NCBI GenBank assembly: GCA_013265495.1
Contig: MU058844.1
Span: forward strand, 10,438,184 to 10,502,183
Source of the DNA: Vicugna vicugna
Taxonomy: Eukaryota
Direction: 5' to 3'
Length of the DNA: 64,000 nt
Part shown: positions 25,299 to 39,165 of the stretch, in pieces
Layout of the letters: each line of letters begins with the position of its first letter
How positions within the stretch are numbered: position 1 is the first letter of the stretch
The notes under the pieces: model-generated
What the model was told of the DNA's origin: nothing
Seen by the model: only the letters and a program-made list of their open reading frames with translations
Database searches by the model: none
Translations under genes and position numbers: made by a program

Positions 25299-28200
25299 AG
25301 TCCATGGCGCCACCTTTACACAATGAGTAATGCTTTTACCAGAAAATGTGTTTGAACGTGTATGCACATGTATAGGAAGAACAATCAGAGTTAGGTATGA
25401 GAAGGTGTTTAATGGAGTGCCTGGGATATTAGCTTCCTTCCCTGTTGAAGCCATGAAAGTTTCAGAAGATGTGGTCATACTTGTGCTAATAATTATAGAA
25501 TAGTGGTAAATCTTATCAAGTGCTTATAATGTGCAAGGTGCTTTGCATAGAAACTTCATTCAATTCTCAGTTACCTTATAGGGTAAGTATAGTAGGTATA
25601 ATATCTACTTTCATTTTGTAGATGAAATGCAGTAAAGAGGTAGAATAATTTCATTGTGGTTACATAGCTAGTGAGTAGAAGAATCTAGATTTGAACTCAG
25701 GGCACCTAACTCCAGAGCCCACACGCTTGCACAAGACAGTCCACCTAGATTTATACATATCAAACCTTTGTCTTCCTCTATTTTATGGTAAAGTTTAAAA
25801 TATTTGGTTAAAAGTTGTAGTTTTTATAGTTCATCTAAATAAAACACTGATTAAGAAGATCTCTAATTTTAATACCAAGTTATTATAGAAATAAAATTTA
25901 GTTTTTAACTTCTAGAAGAGATAAGGCCAAGATAATCAACATTTGAATAAGTGGATCTGATATGTTTGTCACTGCTGCTGCTTTCATTTTCATTTATGAG
26001 TATTTTGATGTAGGTATAACGAAACCTGTGATTCTTTTAAGGTTCTAACATTTATGATTTTACTTGGTAATTTTTACTTAACATGAATAGTTTAAACTGG
26101 AAAGAATCTTTTCTTTTGCTAGCAATCATTACCAATCAAATAGCTTTCATTTGGCCTATTTCCAGGTTACATTGTCAAGCCAAAAAACTTTTTATCATCA
26201 GTTTCTGGTTTGGAGAGTAAAGACAAACTTCAGTAACTTAACAAGTTTGTTGTATCATTCATACATATTTAGTTCTTATTAAATAATAAACCTTAAATTA
26301 TGATTGATACTTTTCAGATTTGTATTCTTTAGTTAGAATCGTTAGGGGAATGGTTTTATAAATCCTCATCAAAAGGTTTATTTACATATCATTGTGTTAA
26401 ATCAGGAAGAAAATTGATTTCACATGGTGTATGTTTTTATTTTTTAGATTTTCAGACCATTATTTTACTTGTGACCTGTTTGTATACCTATTACTTCCTT
26501 TATTTTCATATCTTAGAGCATGCGGTTTGTTAATTTGCAGCTCTCAGAGGTTTAGCCACATTTAATAACTGTTATAAAACAAAAAAAATTTGTTTCTAGT
26601 CATTATTCACTGACTCATGGCAACTTGTAGTTTGAATACTATCTAAAAAGAAAAAGAACAAACACAAAATCTAGAATCTAGATCTGAAATGATTGATTCC
26701 TTTCTAGAGGAGTTGTATTGTACATCAACAGTTCATTACTTTCATTAATCTGTCAGCAAGTTGTAACAAAGACTAGAATATGGATGTTTCTTAGAGAGTG
26801 TTTGCTGATGAATGAAGATGGAGAAAAGGAATGGGCTAAAGGATAGAAATTTGGCATTATATGTTAGAAAATATTTTCAGTAAATCAAATAACTTCAGTA
26901 AAATAGGCAAATTCTTAAAAAGTCATTAGAGGATACAAGCACATGCAAGACTAGTTTGTATGTGTGCTCTTATAAGTTATGAATTTGATACTTATTTTTT
27001 TCTCATAAGTATCAAGGCTGTACCTTTTTAAGCATTGAATCTGTTAAGCACTCATTCTAGTTATGCTCTATTTTACTAATCAACTGTTGTTTCTCTAGAA
27101 CATCTCTTACATATTCACTGATCTCCTTTTTAAAACCTTTGGAAAACTACTTAGAGGCAGTGGTTGTAAAATTTCTGAAACTCAAGGCTTAGGAAAGATG
27201 GGTCAGTGGTTGTGTTTTTGTAGGGTTTTTTTCCCAGTGTGTAATGTTCTTAGTAGAATGTTTACTTGGTAAAGTTTATAGTGATCTTTTTAGAATAATC
27301 CACCATATTTAATATACCAAAAATGAGCATGTATGGTGGCCCCTAACTGGAAAAGCTTAAAATTTCTAACAATGAGATAGGGTTTAGCTGTGACATACTA
27401 ATACAGAGTTATAATACAGACATTAAACTGAGTCTGTAGAAAACCATTAATGATAGGAATTAATAATTATAGGAAAATTATTACCTATTTATGTTAAATG
27501 GGAAGAGGGAGAGCATATTACAAATAGTATGATATCAAATAAAGTCTATCATAACATACATAAAGCATTCTTAACTTAAAATCTATTAATAAACTGCTGA
27601 AATTCTATGTAAAAGAATATAATGTTTATTTATCTGGGAGAAGAGCTGTATTTTTCATCAGATTTTCAAAGGGATCTGCAGTCCCAAAAGATTATGAACT
27701 ACTGATATCAGCAGTTATCTCTGGGTTGGTAGGATTACTGGAGATGTTGATTCGTATTATTTGTTTCCCACAGTGAATATGTATCATAATTTTAATAAGG
27801 AGTCTGAGAGGTAATTTTGATCTTTAGTTGTTGCTCTGTGTGTCTGTGTGTGTGTTTAAAGAGGGGAGAGAGAGAAGACCTATATAGAGTAAGAGGCTGT
27901 TTTTTTTAACAGTGGGAGTGGGGGTGGAATAGAATAAGGTAGAGAAACACATAAAACACACGGAGACCAGTCATGTACTTATTGGTTATTTAAGAATTTC
28001 ATGATTTATCCAGTGCTTCTAAATATTTGATATCCATTCTAAAAGTAGGATTTTACTCATGAGTCTTGTACTTCTTCTAATTGCTAAGCTTTAAAATATC
28101 TATTTTAGTGGAAAATTCCTCTAGCTGTAATCTCATAATGCTGCCAATCTTGTTCTCATGATAGTTTTAGAATAACAGTGCTTTATCCCCCAACACAACA

Positions 28201-29647
28201 CCTTCTAGGCTTTCCACAGAAGATATGAAAATCCCCAGAGGGGAAAATTTTCAGTAAAAGGTGGTTTTTATCTTTGATGATACTGTTTATTCTTTTTCCT
28301 TTTGTGAACATTATGGTTAGTAACTTTGTAGCTAAGGGCAGAGGGGAATTCTTTTTGGAATTATATTAGTTAGAGATTTGTGTTAACATTCTTGAGTAGA
28401 ATGTTATAATCTTTTTGGAGTTAATAAAACAATTTTTTATTCTTGATATTTTGCACTGTACATATGCAGCCCTCAAAATAGATTAAAACATTTCTGTTTT
28501 TAGAATAAACAGAGTTAAATTTGGCAATAAGATCAAGTAACACAGTTATTCACAATTATGACTGTTCTTTACAAACCTAATATGTAATGGTGATGACGCA
28601 TGATTTATTTTTCAGTGATAATTATTCCTTGTCTTGAATTTGTGTGATAGTGTCATTTATATATTGACAAGCCTGATATGAAGAATTTTTAAAATTGTTA
28701 ATAGGTTAAACTTTTTGAAATGCTGTTTTAAGCTTGTACTTTAAGCAAATACAAAGTTATTAAGGGATATCCACATTTCTAGGTTTTCATTTGTAGTTGT
28801 CACTGTTGTAGTTTCTATTTGAATAACCTTGTGGTTGATGCAGATAAAGATAATTGGACTTTTTTTTTTTAAGTGGAAAGAGATCCTTTAAAATGATTCT
28901 AATGCTCTTTTATATATGGCTTCAGTGATACCTTACTCTTGATTTTCTTCCTGGCGCTTTGCTGGTATTTCCCAGTCTCGTCGTTCTTCTTTCCTACTTG
29001 TTCTTTATGTGTTGGTGTTACTCAGCTCTCTGTCTTAGACTTTGTTCTTTTTCTTTAGTGTATTTGTGCTAGAAATTTCTTTAACTTTGATGACTTCAGT
29101 TACTCTCGATACCTATTCTGATGATTCCAAATCATTACCTGTACAACCAACAACTTCTAAATACCTACTTTTAGATATCTCAGAAGCATCTTAAACTCAG
29201 CATGTTCAAAAGTAAACTTGTGAAACTTGGTGGATTTCAGCAGTTGGTATCAAAATCCATTCTTGCTCAAGCCAGAAATCTGGACATTGTTTATGACCTT
29301 TTCCCCCCGCCCCACTACCTCACTTACATCCAGTCATTTACCAAAACTTGTTGAATTTATCTCTTCCTCCAGTGCCAGCAAACCAATCCAAGACACCCAT
29401 AGTCTCTTACATATAATTACAATAACCTCCAAACTGGGCCTCCCTGCCTCCAGTTTCCTCATTTCCAGTGCATTTTGTTAAAGTGATTCTGTCACTTTTC
29501 CTGCTTTAGTGGCTTCCCATGACCTTTAAATGAAGTCTAAACTAGTCTCCAAGGCAGGTGGTACATAAGATAATGTTAGGGTACAGGAGGGAAAATAGAT
29601 CTTGTATTTATGTTTACCTCTTAATCTAAAAAACACTAAGGCATTTA

Positions 29648-29949
29648 TAGTCATCCCTTAGTATCCATGGAGGGGATTGGGTCTGGAACCCTGGAGGATA
29701 CCAGAATCTGTGATGTACAAGTCCCTTATTTAAAATGTTGTAGTATTTGCATATAACCTATGTATAGCCTCCCATGTACTTTAAATCATCTTTAGAATGC
29801 TTATGATACCTAATACAATATAAATGCTATGAAAATATAAGTTTTGCTTTTTGGAAATTTCTGGAATTCTCCCCCTACCCCCTGAATATTTCCAATCCAA
29901 GTTGCTTGAATTTGTGGATGCAGAACACACAGATTTGGAGGGCCCACTG
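29648..29949. mobile_element. MER2-like (Tigger/TcMar) non-autonomous DNA transposon
   Basis: Degenerate terminal inverted repeats agtcatcccttagtatcc / gatttggagggcccactg and a MER2-like interior. Confidence 0.75.
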
Positions 29950-30359
29950 TGTACTTAATAGGTAGTACTGTGTACTAGTTATTTGCGTATTACTCCCTTG
30001 CTCTGTGTGTCTGATGATCATTTAGCACTGGAGGTATCCTGAGGGAAGTGTTCTTTGTTCACCTTCTAAGTATTGCACAATACTGTAATTTGAGTGGTTA
30101 AGTGGATTTATGAATTATTATGTAGTTCAACCAACACCCACAAAATTGGGAAGTCTGGAGGAGTAGTTTAAGGAGAATATCAAATCAAGTATGTAAGTGC
30201 AGAAATGATCATGTGGTTGTTCAGCTGGCAAGATACGTAAAATCACATCTGTTCTTAAAATTTTTTTTTAATTTTTTAAAAAGTAGAAAAATATTTTGAT
30301 GTTTGTTTTGGAGTTTTAAGTGAAAGTTTTAAAAAATTTAAATTCTTAGCATGAGAAAG

Positions 30360-31580
30360 ATATTTGGGGTCTTTTTGTGTTTCCACACAAATTTAACAAT
30401 TGTTTTGTTCCAGTTCTGAAAAATGCCATTGGTAATTTGATAGGGATTGCATTGAATCTATATATTGTCTTGGATAATATGACCATTTTAATAATACTGA
30501 TTCTTCCAGTCCGAAAACACAGTATATCTTTCCGTCTGTTTGTGTTGTCTTCAGTTTCCTTTATCAGTATCTTACAGTTTTCAGAGTACAAGTCTTTTGC
30601 CTCCCTAGGTACACATATTCCTAGGTATTTTATTCTTTTTGGTGCAGTGGTAAATGGGATTGTTTCCTTGATTTCTTTTTTGAAATTTCATTGCTAGTGA
30701 ACAGAAATGAAGTAGATTTCTGTATGTTAATTTGAAATCTGCAACTTTGCCAAATTCATTGATGAATTGTAGTAGTTTTCTGGTAGCATCTTTAAGATTT
30801 TCTGTGTATAGTGTCATACTATCTGCAAACAACGAGAGTTTTACTTCTTCTTTTCCAACTTGGATCCCTTTTATTTCTTTTTCTTCTTCGATTGCTGTGG
30901 CTAGGACTTCCAAAACTATGTTGAATAAAAGTGGCATCGGTGGGCATCCTTCTCTTGTTCCTGATCTTAAAGGAAATGCTTTCAGCTTTTCACCATTGAA
31001 TATGATGTTAGCTGTGGGTTTGTCATATATGGCCTTTATTATGTTGAGGTATGTTCCCTCTCTGCCCACTCTGTGCCCACTTCTGGAGAGTTTTTGTCAT
31101 AAATGGATGTTGAATTTTATCAAAAGCTTTTTCTGCATCTATTGAGACGATCATATGGTTTTTATTCTTCACTTTGTTAAGGTGGTGTATCATACTGATA
31201 GATTTGTGGATTTTGAAGAATCCTTGCATCCCTGGGATAAATCCCACTTAATCATGGTGTGTGCGCCTTTTAATGTATTGTTCAAGTTGGTTTGCTAGTA
31301 TTTTGTTGAGGATTTTTGCATCTATGTTCATGAATGATAATGGCCTGTACTTTTCTTTTTTTGGTGATATCTTTGGTTTTGGTATCAGGGTGATGGTAGC
31401 CTCATAGAATGAGTTTGGAAGTGTTCATGCAATTTTTTGGGATAGTTTCAGAAGGATAGGTGTTAACTCTTCTCTAAATATGTGGTAGATTTCACCTGTG
31501 CAACCATCTGGTCTTGGATTTTTGTTTGTTGGAAGTTTTTAAATTACCGATTCAATCTCAGTACTGGTAACCGGTCTGTT
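30360..31580 (-). mobile_element. L1 ORF2 reverse-transcriptase fragment (pseudogenised)
   Basis: Minus-strand ORFs 31023-31247, 30605-31069 and 30346-30591 give [46 protein letters not shown] and LFADSM. The frame is broken and catalytic FADD is altered to FADS. Confidence 0.95.
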
Positions 31581-31902
31581 CTTTGGAGACATTAGTTTAA
31601 GTTCTTCATAAAATAGCTCTCAAGTCTCCAGCTCGTTTTTCCAGCATCATATCTTACTGCTCCTATGTTTACATTTCATACTTTAGCCCTATTGGATTTT
31701 TCTGTTTTCAGATGGCCACATACTCTTTGTTTCTAGACATTTGAATTCTTATTCCTCTTTTAAGTCTAAGTTTAAGCATTCTCTAGCATAATGCTACTCC
31801 AGGTGTGGTTTTTGAACTGTTTGTTACTAATCTATGACAAGATAAGAACAGAACTCTAGAGTAAACATTTAGAAACTTGAATTGCACTTTGACATTGTCA
31901 TC

Positions 31903-34900
31903 ATCACACCCCTTATCAACATTCCTCAACAGAGAGACATATTTGTTACAGTTGATGAACTTAACACTGATGCATCATAACCACCTAACGTCCATAGTTT
32001 ACATTATGGTTCACTCTTGGTGGTGTATATTCTGTGGATTTGGGCAAATGTGTAATGACACATATCCATCATTATGGTATCATGCAGAGTGTTTTTACTG
32101 CCCTAAAAATACTCTGTACTCCACCTATTTATCCCTTTCCTTGTCACCTCTCCTCCCAACCCCTGGCAATGACTGATCTTATTACTGTCTCCATAGTTTT
32201 GCCTTTTCCACAGTGTCATATGTGTGGAATCATACAGTATGGAGTCTTTTCAGATTGACTTCTTTCACTTAGTAATATGCATTTAAGATTACTTCACGTT
32301 TTCCATGGCTTGATAGCTTATTTCTTTTTAGTGCTGAATAATATTCCAGTTTCTGGATGTCCATTCACCTATAAAAGGACATCATGGTTGCTTCCAAATT
32401 TTGGCAGTTATGAATAAAGCTGTTGTGAACATCCATGTGCATATTTTTTGTAGACATGTTTTCAGCTCCTTAAGGAGCTGCAATACCAAGGAGTATGACT
32501 GATGGATTGTATGTTAAGAGTATGTTTAGTTTTGTGAGAAACCACCAAACTGTCTCCAAAACAGTTGTACCATTTTACATTCCCACCAGTAATGAATAAG
32601 TGTTCCTTTTGCTCCATCCTTGCCAGCATTGTTTCTGACTTTAGCCACTTTAATATATGTGTAGTGGTATCTCATTTTAATTTGCATTTCCCTGATGACA
32701 TATGATATGGAGCATCTTCTTAGCTTATTTGCCATCTTATTTGCATTTTACATTTAGGTTCACAATCCATTTTAAATTAACTTTTATGAAGTATATAAGG
32801 TCTTTGTTTTATTTTTCATTTTTTTGCCTGCAGATGTCTGGTTGTTCCAGCATCATTTGTTGAAAAGGCTATTTTGCTCTGTTGCATTGCCTTTGTGCCT
32901 TTGTCAAAGATCAGTTGTGTGTCATTTATGTGAGTTTAGTTCTACTTCTGTTGCTGTTCCCTTGCTCTATTAGTCTTTCCTTTCACCAGTACCACTGTCT
33001 TGATTACTGTAGCTTTATAGTAAGTCTTGAAGCTGGATAACGTTAGCCCTTCAGCTTTGTTCTTTAATACTGTGTTGGCTATTCTCGATCTTTTGCCTCT
33101 CCCTGTAAACTTTAGAATTAGTTTGTCAATAGCTGCAAAATAACCTGCTGGAATTTTGATTGGGCTTGCATTGAGCCAATAGGTCAATAGGAAATCAAAG
33201 CTGGGAAGAAGTGACATCTTGCCAGTATTGGCTCTTCCTGTTCATTAACATAATTAACAGGGAATATCTCTCCATTTATTTAGTTCTTTGAAATCTTTCA
33301 TCAGTTTTGTTGTTTTCCTCATATAAATGTTATACATATTTTATTAGATTTATACTTAAATACTTCATTTTGAAGGGAGCTAATGTAAATGTATTGTGTT
33401 TTTAATTTCAAATTCCACTTGTTCATCACACATGTGTAGGAAAGTGATTGACTTTTGTATATTAACCTTGAATCCTGCACCCTTGCTATAACTGCTTACT
33501 ATTTTACAAATTCTTGTTGCTGTTGATCTTTAAAATTTTCAATACGGATGATCACATCAGTTGTGGACAAAAACAGTTGTATTTCTTCCTTCCCAATCTG
33601 TATACCTTTTATTTCCTTTTCTTGTCTTACTGCATTACCTAGGACTTCCAATAAGACGTTGACTAAGAGTGGGGAAGAAGGGGCATCCTTGCCTTGTTCT
33701 TGATCATAGCAGGAAAGATTTTGAGTGTCTCACCATTAAGTATGATACAGGTTTTTGTAGATATTCTTTATCAAGTTGAGGAAGTTCCCTTCTATGCTTA
33801 GTTTGTCCAGTTTTTATCATGTATAGGTGTTAGATTTCGTCAAGTAATTTTTCCGTGTCTGTGCATGATCATGTGATATTTCTCTTCTTTAGCCTGTTGA
33901 TGTGATAGATTGCATTAATTGATTTTTTAATATTGAGCCAACCTTGAATACTTGGAATAAGTCCCACTTGATTTTGACTTATAATTCTTCTTATACATTT
34001 TTGAATTTGATTTGCAAAAATTTTGTTGAGAATTTTTGTGTCAACAAGAGATCTTAGTCTTTAGTTTTTTTTTGTTTTTTTTTTTTCCATGTGATGTCTT
34101 TGGTTTTGGTATTAGGGTAATTCATAGAATGAGTTAGGATGTATTTCCTCTGCTTTTATCTTCTGAAAGAGATGTTAGAAAATCAGTATAATTTCTTCCT
34201 TCAATGTTTGCTAGGATTCACTAGTGAACCCATCTGGGCTGCTACTTCTGTTCTGCAAAGTTATTAATTATTGGTTCAATTTCTTTAACAAATACAGGAC
34301 TATTCAGATTGTCTATTTCTTATGTGAGTTTTGGCAGATTGTATCTTTCAAGGAATTGATCCATTTTATCTGGATTATCAAATTTGGGGGCAGTGTTGTT
34401 CACAATATTCCTTTATTGTTCTTTTAATGTCCATGGAATCATTAATGATGTTCCCCCTTTCATTTCTGATACTAGTAATCTGTGTCCTCTCTTCTTAGGT
34501 AGCTTGACTGGAGGCCTATTGATTTTATTGATATTTTCAAAGAAATAGTTTCTGGTTTCATTAATTTTTTCTGTGTTGGTTTCCTGTTTTCAATTTCATT
34601 GATTCCTGCTCTAATTCTTGTTGTTTCATTTATTCTGCTTACTTTGGATTTAATTTACTCTCTTCTAGTTTTCCAAGATAGAAACTTAAAAGTATTGATT
34701 TTAGACCTTTCTGCTTTTTTAGTATATGCATTCAGTGCTAAAATTTCCCTCTAAGCACTTCTACTGCATTCCACAAATTTTAAATGGTGGGTTCATTTTC
34801 CTTTTGTTCAAAATGTTTTAAAATTTCTCTTGAGATTTCTTCTTTGACCTTTATGTTATTTAGAAGTATGTTGCTTAATCTCCATGTAATTTTGGGATTT

Positions 34901-35065
34901 TCCAGTTATCTTTCTGTTGCTGCTAGTCTAATTCTATGGTGGTCTAAGAGCAGACATTATATGATTTCTAGTCTTCTAAATTTGTGAAGATGTGTTTTAT
35001 GGCCCAGAATATGGTTTATCTTGGTCAGTGTACCATGCAAGATAGAGAAGACTGTTTTATGCTGT
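31903..35065 (-). mobile_element. Old L1 (L1MC-like), 3' UTR plus decayed ORF2, nested in the hAT element
   Basis: Antisense ORF2 remnants (ORFs 32526-32735 and 32942-33217: NASPIKIPAGYF..IDKLILKF, YYKATVIKTV) and an L1MC-type 3' UTR near 31900-32350. Confidence 0.88.
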
Positions 35066-35159
35066 ACCAGTGTTACTTTCATGTTAGTCATTTGTACCCC
35101 AAAATGTTTAAGAATTGAAGAAAATGTAAGGATTTACTTATGTTAAAAATCTTGTGTTA

Positions 35160-36457
35160 CTCCTTTACACCATACACAAAAATAAACTCAAAATGGATCA
35201 AAGACTTAAACATAAGACAAGATACAATAAACCTCCTAGAAGAAAACATGGGTAAAACATTATCTCACATACATCTCAAAAATGTTCTCCTAGAACAGTC
35301 TACCCAAGTAATAGAAATAAAAAGAAGAATAAACAAATGGGACCTAATTAAACTTACAAGCTTTTGCACAGCAAAGGAAACCATGTACAAAACAAAACAA
35401 CAACCTACGGAATGGGAGAAAACTTTTGCAAAAGATGAAACTGACAAAGGCTTGATCTCCAGAATGTATAAGCAGCTCACATGGCTTAATAAGAAAAAAA
35501 CAAACATCCCAATCCAAAAATGGGCAGAAGACCTAAACAAGCAATTCTCCAGTGAAGACATACAAATGGCCAATAGGCACATGAAAAAACACTAAATATC
35601 ACTAATTATCAGAGAAATTCAGATCAAAACTACAATAAGGTATCACCTCACACCAGTCAGAATGGCCATCATTCAAAAGTCCACAAATGACAAATGCTGG
35701 AGAGGCTGCGGAGAAAAGGGAACCCTCCTACACTGCTGGTGGGAATGCAGTCTGGTGCAGCCACTGTGGAAAACAGTATGGAGATTCCTCAAAAGACTAG
35801 GAATAGATTTACCATATGGCCCAGTAATCCCACTTCTGGGCATATATCCAGAAGGAACCCTACTTCAGAAAGACACCTGCACCCCACTGTTCATATCAGC
35901 ACTATTTACAATAGCTAAGACATGGAGACAGCCTAAATGTCCATCAACAGATGCCTGGATAAAGAAGCAGTGGTATATTTATACAATGGAATACTATTCA
36001 GCCATTAAAATGACAACATAATGCCATTTGCAGCAACATTGGATGTCCCTGGAGAATGTCATTCTAAGTGAAGTAAGCCAGAAAAAGAAAGAAAAATACC
36101 ATATGAGATCGCTCCTATGTGGAATCTAAAAAAGAAAAAAAGACAGATGAACATAAATACAAAACAGAAACAGACTCATAGACATAGAATACAAACTTGT
36201 GGTTGCCGGGGGAAGGGGAGTGGGAAGGGACAGAGTGGGAGTTCGAAATTTGTAGATACTGACAAGTATATATAGAATAGATAAACAAGTTTATACTGTA
36301 TAGCACAGGGAAATATATACAAGATCTTGTGGTAGCTCACGGTGGAAAAAGTATGCAACAGTGAATATATGTATGTTCGTGTATGACTGAAAAATTGTGT
36401 CCTACACTGGAAATTGACATTATAAATGGACTATGACTCAATAAAATAAAAATTTTT
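35160..36457 (+). mobile_element. Young 5'-truncated L1 (ORF2 C-terminus, 3' UTR, poly(A) signal)
   Basis: ORFs 35140-35595 and 35662-36021 ([33 protein letters not shown]). Perfect 15-bp TSD aaaaatcttgtgtta (35145-35159 / 36458-36472) at a TT|AAAAA site. Confidence 0.96.
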
Positions 36458-38239
36458 AAAAATCTTGTGTTAAATTTAATCACACTTATTCTTGTTCCAT
36501 AAATAAAATAATTCAAATGTAAACATGTAATAATTAAATCAAAATAAAATAAGCAAATAAATAGAAAGTAAAAAAATTTTTTTAAATCTTTTCAGTTTCT
36601 GCTTTTGTTAGTATTATCTAAATCTAGGAAGTAAAATTTATGTTCTTTATTTTCAATCCTAATTTACCAATGGTAAAACAAGCATTACTATACTTTTTTT
36701 TTTTAACAAGAAAAGATAACGTCTTTTCTGAGTGTGACAGTAGTAGTAAACCAAATGATGATGATTAAAGTAATTTCAAAGAGATAAAGACCAAAAGAGT
36801 TTGTGCTGATTTTGTTGGGAAATATTAATCCCTCCTATATTGAGTTCAGTTTTTAACCATTATTAATTTGGAAGTGTTAAAACCACAGTGGGTTATTTGC
36901 AGTGATATACTGGCTGCTAAAACAATAAACCCAATAAAATTTAAGTGGCATTTATATGCATGACATAATTATACTCACAGCCAGAAATGCATTATTTGAA
37001 AGAAAGAATATTATAGTTAAGAAGCTGGCAGAAGCAGATCGTCAGTATTCCATATGTGATCATTAGTGTTTTGTGAGTTTCTTTTATAGTCTGACTTCTG
37101 GTTGCTAACATTAAAAAAAACTATACATAAATGACAAGACAAAGATGTTTGCTTGGAGATGTTGGATAAGTCTGTAGCAATGGGGGTAGTTCATATAATA
37201 CTTGCCAGCAACACCCATAGCTTGATACATTTGGGAACAGTTTAGTGATATAGAAGACCAACTCTTAGACAAATCAGGATAGCAAAGGAATTTTTATTGT
37301 AATTTGATGAGCATATTGATTGTGCTGACATGACAGTAATGTGAAGGAAACATTTATTTTTCAATTTCCTTGCTGACAAGCTTGCTTGCTCTGAAGTATA
37401 TAAAACTTTAAAGGGTTAGCAAATCAACATATGTGGTTCACAGTTTTCCTTTGCTTTTTGCAGGAGAATGTTCTGACTATATAGAGATAGTGACAGGGAA
37501 AAAATACTAGAACTTGTGCCAGAATATAAATCTTTGTCCTGCTTCTTTCATTGAGAAAGTCTTTGTTACGTCAGCTGAACTAAACAGTGTACTTGTTAAT
37601 CAGCTAAATTTAACCATTCACTTAAAGTGTAAATTACTTAAGCATAATACATTAAACCTCAGGTTTAAGAAAAAGTAAATGATAGTTTGGAAGCTGAGCC
37701 AATCATCTGTTACCATATGCTGCATTATACAATCATTTTCAAAGGGAAATTTTCAGATAAAAGTATTTGATCTTCAGGATGAATACTTCATGTTTTTGCA
37801 AGATAAGAAACCAGGGTTTGTAAATCAACTGTGCTTCAATTTAAAAAAAGAAAAGAAAGAAACTAGTTTGGTCCCCAGCTTTAAAATATGAGTTAGACTT
37901 ATTTGTCTGACAGCTTTATTCTTTTTTTTTTTTTAATGATCTTAGCCTTCCATGCAAGAAAGGAATGTTAAATGTTTTCATTGTTACATATGGTCAAAGG
38001 GCAAAAATGAAAGTTAGAAATTTGGGGGGAAAATTTTTCCAAATTGTTATGAAGAGTTCCACAATATATTAGTAAATAGGTGATGATTTTAGTATTGCAC
38101 ATTTGCAGAATGTTATAATCAAATAAATACCTTATGGATTTGTTAAGACACACTTTGAATTTTGTATTCTATCAAAAGAAAACCCACTGATAGGAATGAG
38201 TAGATCAAGAATCCATTATTTTTGATCAAAATTATTTTT

Positions 38240-38383
38240 TAATTCTTTTTTTGAAGGGAGGAGGTAATTGATTTGATTGTTTTTTTTTAATCTGTTTACT
38301 TATTTAATGAAGGTACTGAGGGTTGAACCTAGGACTTCGTGCATTCTAAATGTGCTCACCCACTGAGGTATACCCTCCCACCT
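38240..38383 (-). mobile_element. tRNA-derived SINE (camelid vic-1-like), diverged
   Basis: The reverse complement reads gggagggtatacctcagtgg...cctaggttcaaccctcagtacc. Flanked by near-repeats tcaaaattatttt / tcagaattatttt. Confidence 0.8.
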
Positions 38384-38681
38384 CTGTCAGAATTATTTTA
38401 GATTTAACTATAATTTTGCTGGATAAATGATTGGAACTGGCTACCAATAAAAATTGAGGACAAATTTTGAAAGGCATCGTTTTATGAGTTTGGGGTAAGA
38501 GTTAAAAATGAAAATCCTGAGCTTGCTGAAATTGCTTTCAAGCCTCTTCTCCTACTCTTGTGAAACTAATTTCTCTGTTGTAAGTGCTGTTAAAAGAAAT
38601 CGTAGAGGTAGTTTAGATATACCGTATCCCTTGTGATCAATGTTGTCATCAGTCCAACCTAGATTAGGTAAATTAACAAGA

Positions 38682-39165
38682 ATGGTGCCAGCCTCCAGGA
38701 GAACCACTGGAAAGCTCTACCTCCTGGTATTGACACCTGTGTAATCCCCCTCCACGTTCAGCATGGGGTTGATGTGAAAGCCTGTCACTTCTGAGACTAG
38801 GTCGTGACAGAGACTGCAGTGTCTGTCTTGGTTGTTGTGTCGCTTTCTCTATGGAAGCCAGCGGTCTTGTGGTGAACAGCCCAGTAGAGAGACTGAGGGA
38901 CTGAGTCTTTTGGCTAAGAGCCAGTGAGAAACTGAGGCCTTTTGGCATCAGCCATGTGAGCGAGCTTACAGGCAAATCCTTCAGATGACTGTAGCCCTGA
39001 CCAGCATCTTGACTAAAACCTCATAAGAGACCCTGAATCATAACCACACAGCTAACATGCTTCCAGATTCCTGACCAGCAGAAATTGTCAGATAATAAAT
39101 GTATGCTGTTTTAAGCCACTAAGTTTTGGCATAATTTTTTATGCAGATAGTAGATAACTAATACA
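38682..39165 (+). mobile_element. MaLR LTR (MLT1F-like) inserted in the transposase C-terminus
   Basis: ggtgccagcctccagg...cctcctggtattgacacctgtgtaatcccc...ataaatgtatgctgttttaagccactaagttttgg...ataactaataca. Confidence 0.82.

Noticed and set aside
30346..31247. Functional reverse transcriptase gene
   Set aside because: It is split across three frames, catalytic FADD is altered to FADS, and both ends are truncated.
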